This document shows positions 58,694 to 64,000 of a stretch of DNA of 64,000 nucleotides, one piece after another. Below the pieces are notes generated by a model. The model was not told the origin of the DNA, searched no databases, and worked only from the letters and a program-made list of their open reading frames with translations. Both the position numbers and the translations under genes were made by a program. The stretch is from Eubacteriales bacterium (lineage in GTDB: Bacteria; Bacillota; Clostridia; Oscillospirales; Butyricicoccaceae). Where the stretch lies: assembly GCA_030524205.1 (NCBI GenBank), contig JAUNGZ010000008.1, positions 15,237-79,236 on the forward strand, in the 5' to 3' direction. Positions within the stretch are counted from its first letter, which is position 1; each line of letters starts with the position of its first letter.

Positions 58694-60232
58694 GTGATTT
58701 TGAGTGAGAAAAAGTTGCTTTTTAAAGCTGAAAATATTGAAATGCGCTTTCCGGCGACCCTCGCGCTGCAAGGGATAGAAATGCAGGTGTACGAGGGCGA
58801 GATCATCGGTCTGGTCGGTGAAAACGGCGCGGGCAAATCCACGCTTTTGAAGATCATTCAGGGCGTACAGACGCAGACCGACGGCACTATGATGATGCAC
58901 GGCCAGCCCTTCGAGCCGAAATCGCCCAAGGACGCAATGCGGCAGGGCGTGGGCATGGTGTTTCAGGAGCAGGCGCTGATCGGCAACCTGACGGTTGGCC
59001 AGAATATCTTTTTCGGGCGTGAAAAGGAGTACCGCGTCGGGCCGTTTATTAACTGGTCCAAGATGTATAAGGATACCGAGGCGGTTTTTCAGGAGCATGC
59101 AATCAGCGGCATCAAGCCCTCGCGCAAGGTGAACGACTATGACTTTGCCACGCGCCAGATGATCGAGATCTGCAAGGTCATCTCGAACGCGACGACGGGC
59201 GATCCTTCCAATAAATCCATGATCCTGCTCGACGAGCCTACCTCGGTGCTCAGCGCGGACGAAATTCAGCAGCTTTTCGGCGAAATGCGCAAGCTGGCGG
59301 CGCAGGGGCACGCAGTGATTTTCGTTTCGCACCGGCTCGACGAGATCATCGAAATCTGCGACCGCGTTTATGTGTTTAAGGACGGCCGCGGCGTCGGCAT
59401 GCTGCACCATGACGAGCTCAGCGAGGACATTTTGTACGAGCGCATGGTCGGCAAGACCTCGAGCGACCAATATTATAAGGAGAACCGGCAGGCCGCCCCC
59501 AAGGACGACGTGGTGCTGGAGGCGCGCGATCTTGGACTGTACGGCAGCTTCCAGAACGTCAGCTTCAAACTGCACAAGGCCGAGGTGCTCGGCATCTGCG
59601 GCGTGGTCGGCGCGGGCAAGGAGGAGCTGTGCGACGTGCTGGCCGGCATTGAGGGCAACACCAGCGGCGAAATCCTGATCGACGGCCAGCCGGTGCGCTT
59701 CCCGCAGGCGGGCAAGGCGGTGGACGCGGGCGTCGTGTCCATCCCCAAGGAACGCCGCGAGGAAGGTCAGCTCGGCAGCCTGAGCATTGTGGAAAACATC
59801 TCTATTTCCAACCCGAAGGCGTTCCGGAAGTATGGACTGATTTCCAAAAAGAAGCAGCGCGAAAAGACCGAATATTGGATCAAGGATATGAAGATCCGCT
59901 GCTCGAGCATGGATTCCGATATGAACAGCCTGTCCGGCGGCAACGCGCAGAAGGTTGTATTCGCCCGCGCGCTGACGGCGGACGCCAAGGTGCTGATTTT
60001 GAACCACCCGACGCGCGGCGTGGATGTGGGCGCGAAGGAGGAAATTTACAATTTGATTCGGGACGCCACAGAGCGGGACATCGCTGTCATTGTGCTGGGC
60101 GACACATTGGACGAATGCATCGGCCTGAGCAGCCGCATTCTGACGATGAAGGACGGTTTGGTAACGAAGGAATTCGTCTGCGAGGTCGGCAACAAGCCGG
60201 AGCAGGTCGATATCGTCCGCGGCATGATGTGA
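58694..60232 (+). CDS. sugar ABC ATPase with two NBDs (RbsA-like)
   Basis: GENGAGKST, LDEPTS, LSGGNAQKV, HPTRGVDVGAK. Confidence 0.92.
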   Translation: MILSEKKLLFKAENIEMRFPATLALQGIEMQVYEGEIIGLVGENGAGKSTLLKIIQGVQTQTDGTMMMHGQPFEPKSPKDAMRQGVGMVFQEQALIGNLTVGQNIFFGREKEYRVGPFINWSKMYKDTEAVFQEHAISGIKPSRKVNDYDFATRQMIEICKVISNATTGDPSNKSMILLDEPTSVLSADEIQQLFGEMRKLAAQGHAVIFVSHRLDEIIEICDRVYVFKDGRGVGMLHHDELSEDILYERMVGKTSSDQYYKENRQAAPKDDVVLEARDLGLYGSFQNVSFKLHKAEVLGICGVVGAGKEELCDVLAGIEGNTSGEILIDGQPVRFPQAGKAVDAGVVSIPKERREEGQLGSLSIVENISISNPKAFRKYGLISKKKQREKTEYWIKDMKIRCSSMDSDMNSLSGGNAQKVVFARALTADAKVLILNHPTRGVDVGAKEEIYNLIRDATERDIAVIVLGDTLDECIGLSSRILTMKDGLVTKEFVCEVGNKPEQVDIVRGMM

Positions 60233-60256
60233 TATAAGAAAGGGAGGTGTCTTCGC

Positions 60257-61225
60257 ATGAACACAACAGCGTTTCGGGAAAAGCTGAAATCGCGTCAGGC
60301 CGGCACATGGATCCGCGTGTTTGCCGCCGTTGTGATTTTTATCGTATTTACTTTAGCGAATTTTAATTTCGTCAGCTCGGGCAACCTGAAAAACCTGCTG
60401 ACGGACAGCGTGCCCTATCTGGTGATGGGCATCGGCGTAACGTTTGTGCTGCTGGTCGGCTCGATCGACCTGTCGATCGGCGCGGTCTGCTCGACGGCGA
60501 CGGTCATCGTTGCGGTGCTGCTGCCGACGATGGGCTACACGTCCTATCTGGTCGCGCTGGCTATGGGTATCGTCGCGGGCTTTATCAACGGCCTGCTGGT
60601 CGTCTATCTCAAAATCCCGTCGTTCATCGCAACGCTCGGTTCGATGGGCGCGTGGCAGACGGTGGCCTATCTGGTTTCGGGCTCCAGCCCGATCCAGATC
60701 AAAAAAGCGCAGTGGCCGATGATCGACTGGGCGCGTTCGGCCTTCGGCATCATTCCGCTGCCGTTTGTGCTGGCGCTGGTTCTGCTGCTGGTCTTTTATC
60801 TGGTGCAGACCAAAACCAGCTTTGGCAAAAACACCTTTGCGGTCGGCGTCAACGAGCGCGCGGCGGCTGTGGCCGGCGTCAACGTCAACCGCACCAAACT
60901 GCTGATTTTCACCGTCTGCGGCGCGTGCGCGGCGCTTGGCGGCATCGTGCTCGCGGCCAAGCTGCGCAGCGGCCTGCCGACCATCGGCGCGACCATGAAC
61001 ATGGCCGTTACGGCGGCGGTCGTGCTCGGCGGCACGGCGCTGACCGGCGGCAAGGGCGGTTTGGTGCAGACGCTGATCGGCTGCTTCATCTATAATATGC
61101 TGCTCAGCGGCCTGAACATGGTCGGCATCACTTCGTACTATCAGGATATCGTGTTCGGCCTGCTGATGATCGCTGCCGTTTACTTTACGGTTGACCGCAG
61201 CGACCGGCATTCTGTGGTGAAATAA
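60257..61225 (+). CDS. sugar ABC permease 2 (RbsC-like)
   Basis: IDLSIGA, IPSFIATLG, AVVLGGTALTGGKG. Confidence 0.9.
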   Translation: MNTTAFREKLKSRQAGTWIRVFAAVVIFIVFTLANFNFVSSGNLKNLLTDSVPYLVMGIGVTFVLLVGSIDLSIGAVCSTATVIVAVLLPTMGYTSYLVALAMGIVAGFINGLLVVYLKIPSFIATLGSMGAWQTVAYLVSGSSPIQIKKAQWPMIDWARSAFGIIPLPFVLALVLLLVFYLVQTKTSFGKNTFAVGVNERAAAVAGVNVNRTKLLIFTVCGACAALGGIVLAAKLRSGLPTIGATMNMAVTAAVVLGGTALTGGKGGLVQTLIGCFIYNMLLSGLNMVGITSYYQDIVFGLLMIAAVYFTVDRSDRHSVVK

Positions 61226-61240
61226 AGGAGTCTTATCATA

Positions 61241-61996
61241 ATGAAACGGGTTTTAATCACCGGCGCGACGTCGGGCATGGGCCTGAGCGCGGTCAAGCTG
61301 TTTTTGGCGCGCGGCTGGAAGGTCATGGGCGCCGACCTCAACCGAGACGCGGGTGAGAAGCTGCTGGCCGAGTTGTCGCAGGAGGGGTATTCGGTCGCGT
61401 TCCGCTTTTATGCGTGCAACGTGGCGGTCGACGCGGAAGTCGCCGGCCTGTACGAATACACCATGCAGGAGTTCGGCGGTATCGACAGCATCATCAACAA
61501 CGCGGGCATTTTTGTCGGCGGCGAGCTGCATCAGGTGTCGGAAAAGGACTGGCAGCGCGTGTTCGATGTGGACGTTAAGGCCGTCTATCTCACCGCGCGG
61601 CATTTTGTACCTTACATGATCGAAAACGGCGGCGGCACGATCGTCAACACCGCGTCGGTCTCCGGCATGTGCGGCGACTATAATATGGCGGCGTACAACG
61701 GCGCCAAGGGCGCGACGGTCAACATGGCGCGCGCAATGGCGCTCGATTACGGCAAATACAACATCCGCGTCAACAACGTCTGTCCGGCGGCCTGCGCCAC
61801 GCCGATGTTTCTTGCCAACCCGCCCGAGGTGGTCGAGCAATTCAACCGCGCCAATCCGCTCGGCCGCATCTGCACGCCCGACGAGGTCGCCAAGGCGATG
61901 TATTTTCTCGCTTCCGACGAATCGACCTCGTGCAACGGCGTCAATTTGGAAGTATCCGGCGGCCTGAATATCCACACCGGCCAGCCGGTGCAGTAA
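61241..61996 (+). CDS. short-chain dehydrogenase/reductase 1
   Basis: TGATSGMG, NNAG, YNGAKG. Confidence 0.9.
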   Translation: MKRVLITGATSGMGLSAVKLFLARGWKVMGADLNRDAGEKLLAELSQEGYSVAFRFYACNVAVDAEVAGLYEYTMQEFGGIDSIINNAGIFVGGELHQVSEKDWQRVFDVDVKAVYLTARHFVPYMIENGGGTIVNTASVSGMCGDYNMAAYNGAKGATVNMARAMALDYGKYNIRVNNVCPAACATPMFLANPPEVVEQFNRANPLGRICTPDEVAKAMYFLASDESTSCNGVNLEVSGGLNIHTGQPVQ

Positions 61997-62009
61997 AGGG
62001 GCGGCGCGT

Positions 62010-62777
62010 ATGGATTACCTGACGGGGTTATTTGGGCTTTCGGGCAAAACGGCGGTCGTCACCGGCGGCAGCCGGGGCATCGGGCAGACGGTCGCGCTGG
62101 GGCTGGCGCAAGCGGGCGCGGCGGTCGCCATCCTGTGCCGGTCGGAGCCGGAGGAAACGCTCACGCAGATCGCCGCCGCCGGTGGCCGCGCTTACCATAT
62201 CGCGGCTGACGTGGCGGACGAAACGGCGGTCGACGCGGCGCTTACAGAGGTGCTGCGCCGGTCGGGCTCGCTCGACGTGGTGTTCAACAACGCGGGCATC
62301 TGCATCCATAAGCCGACCGTCGAGGCGACGGTCGACGAGTGGAAGCGCGTGCTCGACGTAAATCTGAACGGAACCTATATCGTCTCCCGCGCGGCGGGCC
62401 GAATCATGATTGAAAACGGCATACATGGCAGCATCATCAACAACGCCTCTATGTCGGGCACGGTCGTCAATGTGCCGCAGTGGCAGTGCTCGTATAACGC
62501 GTCCAAGGCGGCTGTACTGCATTTGACCCGGTCGCTCGCGGTCGAGTGGGCCGATTACGGCATCCGCGTCAATTCGATCAGCCCGGGGTATACGGCGACG
62601 GCGATGTCGGTCGACACGCCGGAGGAGCTGAAGAACGCGTGGCTGCCGCTGATCCCGATGCGCCGCATGGGCAGACCGGAAGAGCTGGTGGGCGCGGTGC
62701 TGTATCTGGCGAGCGGCGCTTCGTCCTACACAACGGGCGCGGACCTGATTGTGGACGGCGGCTATGTCTGCCGGTAA
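62010..62777 (+). CDS. short-chain dehydrogenase/reductase 2 (polyol dehydrogenase / ketose reductase-like)
   Basis: TGGSRGIG, NNAG, ASMSGTVVNVPQWQCSYNASK, VNSISPGY. Confidence 0.88.
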   Translation: MDYLTGLFGLSGKTAVVTGGSRGIGQTVALGLAQAGAAVAILCRSEPEETLTQIAAAGGRAYHIAADVADETAVDAALTEVLRRSGSLDVVFNNAGICIHKPTVEATVDEWKRVLDVNLNGTYIVSRAAGRIMIENGIHGSIINNASMSGTVVNVPQWQCSYNASKAAVLHLTRSLAVEWADYGIRVNSISPGYTATAMSVDTPEELKNAWLPLIPMRRMGRPEELVGAVLYLASGASSYTTGADLIVDGGYVCR

Positions 62778-62812
62778 AACGCTTTGAAACCTATCGCGGA
62801 ATCGAGGGAATT

Positions 62813-63604
62813 ATGGATCTGAAATTAACGGGAAAACGCGCGCTGGTAACCGGCTCGTCCGCCGGCATCGGCAAGGGGATTGCGGCACGGCTGCTGCGGG
62901 AAAGCGCTGTGGTGTACATCAACGGCAGAAACGCGGAGCGGCTGGAAAGGACGCGCGAGGAGCTTTCGCAGTACGGCGACTGCCGCGCGGCGGCCGGCGA
63001 CGCGGCCTCGCCCGAGGGCGCAGAGCAAATCATGGACGCGGTCGACGCGGACGGGCCGCTCGATATTCTGGTATGCAATATGGGCACCTATAAAGGCACG
63101 CCCTACGCGGAGATCAGCGACGAGGAATGGACCTGGATGCTGAACGTAAACCTGCTCAGCATGGTGCGCTTGACGCGCCACTACCTGCCCCAAATGCTCG
63201 AGCGCAACGCGGGGCGCATGGTGCTGATCGCGAGCGAATGCGGCGTAAAGCCCCTGACCGACATGATTCATTACAGCGTGTCCAAAACCGCGGTCATCGG
63301 GCTGGGGCGCGGGCTGGCCGAGTTGACCAAGGGGACCCGCGTCGGCGTAAACACCGTGCTGCCCGGCCTGACCTGGACGGAAAACACGGCGGCTTATCAA
63401 ACCGAACGCGCCGCGCGCGAGGGTAAGGACCTTGATACGGCGATCCGGGAATATTTTGTGACCTACGAGCCGAGCCAGCTTTTGCAGCGCATCACCTCGG
63501 TCGAGGAGATCGCGGACACGGTGACGTATTTCTGCTCCGAATTGTCCGCCGCGACCAACGGCGCGGCGATCCGCGCGGAAGGCGGGCTGATCCGCAGCAT
63601 TTGA
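62813..63604 (+). CDS. short-chain dehydrogenase/reductase 3
   Basis: [25 protein letters not shown]. Confidence 0.88.
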   Translation: MDLKLTGKRALVTGSSAGIGKGIAARLLRESAVVYINGRNAERLERTREELSQYGDCRAAAGDAASPEGAEQIMDAVDADGPLDILVCNMGTYKGTPYAEISDEEWTWMLNVNLLSMVRLTRHYLPQMLERNAGRMVLIASECGVKPLTDMIHYSVSKTAVIGLGRGLAELTKGTRVGVNTVLPGLTWTENTAAYQTERAAREGKDLDTAIREYFVTYEPSQLLQRITSVEEIADTVTYFCSELSAATNGAAIRAEGGLIRSI

Positions 63605-63617
63605 GGGCGGCGCAGCA

Positions 63618-64000
63618 ATGGAAAACAAATTATCTCATTTGGACGAGCGGGGCAACGCCCGCATGGTAGACGTATCGCAAAAGGCCGTCACCCGGCGCAC
63701 GGCGGCGGCAAGCGGGTGCATCCGCATGCGGCCCGAAACGCTTTCGCTGATTGAGGCGGGCGGCTTTGCCAAGGGAGACGTGCTCGCTACGGCGCGCATC
63801 GCCGGCATCATGGCGGTCAAGCAGACCGCGTCGCTGATCCCGCTGTGCCATCCGCTTTTGATCACACAGTGCGCGGTTGAACTGGCGCCGGACAATGCGC
63901 TGCCCGGCGTCCGCGTTCGCTGCACCGTGCGGGTGGACGGCAAAACGGGCGTGGAGATGGAGGCGCTGACCGGCGCGTCGGTCGCCCTGCTGACGGTTTA
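63618..64000 (+). CDS. moaC: cyclic pyranopterin monophosphate synthase MoaC (truncated by window end)
   Basis: manual translation: [51 protein letters not shown]; absent from the ORF track because there is no stop. Confidence 0.92.
   Translation, partial: MENKLSHLDERGNARMVDVSQKAVTRRTAAASGCIRMRPETLSLIEAGGFAKGDVLATARIAGIMAVKQTASLIPLCHPLLITQCAVELAPDNALPGVRVRCTVRVDGKTGVEMEALTGASVALLTV

Overview
GC-rich chromosomal window from a Clostridia-type (probably Oscillospiraceae/Butyricicoccus-like) anaerobe; the taxon is inferred from gene content and sigma-A/RBS style. 1-40.5 kb is mostly housekeeping: iolE, an ABC exporter, pyrH-frr-uppS-cdsA-dxr-rseP-ispG-polC, a his operon (fused hisZ-hisG, inserted crcB), a T-box-controlled ilvBNCD operon, pyrE, Lrp/aminotransferase and MarR/TSUP genes. 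This part also hides an unannotated type I toxin-antitoxin-like locus and a family of modular hairpin-array intergenic elements with compensatory stem changes. From about 40.6 kb to the end is an accessory catabolic island. It encodes IclR and two paralogous GntR regulators, a tungsten aldehyde:ferredoxin oxidoreductase with a Moco/Wco riboswitch, TupABC and pterin-cofactor genes. It also encodes a glycyl radical enzyme with non-canonical motifs (DGCWE / RMGGLS) and its activase, a sugar/polyol ABC importer, three SDRs and moaC (running off the end). This island is the best candidate for an undescribed pathway: radical dehydration or cleavage of an imported polyol coupled to tungsten-dependent aldehyde oxidation. 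All product calls come from motif recognition, not database searches.
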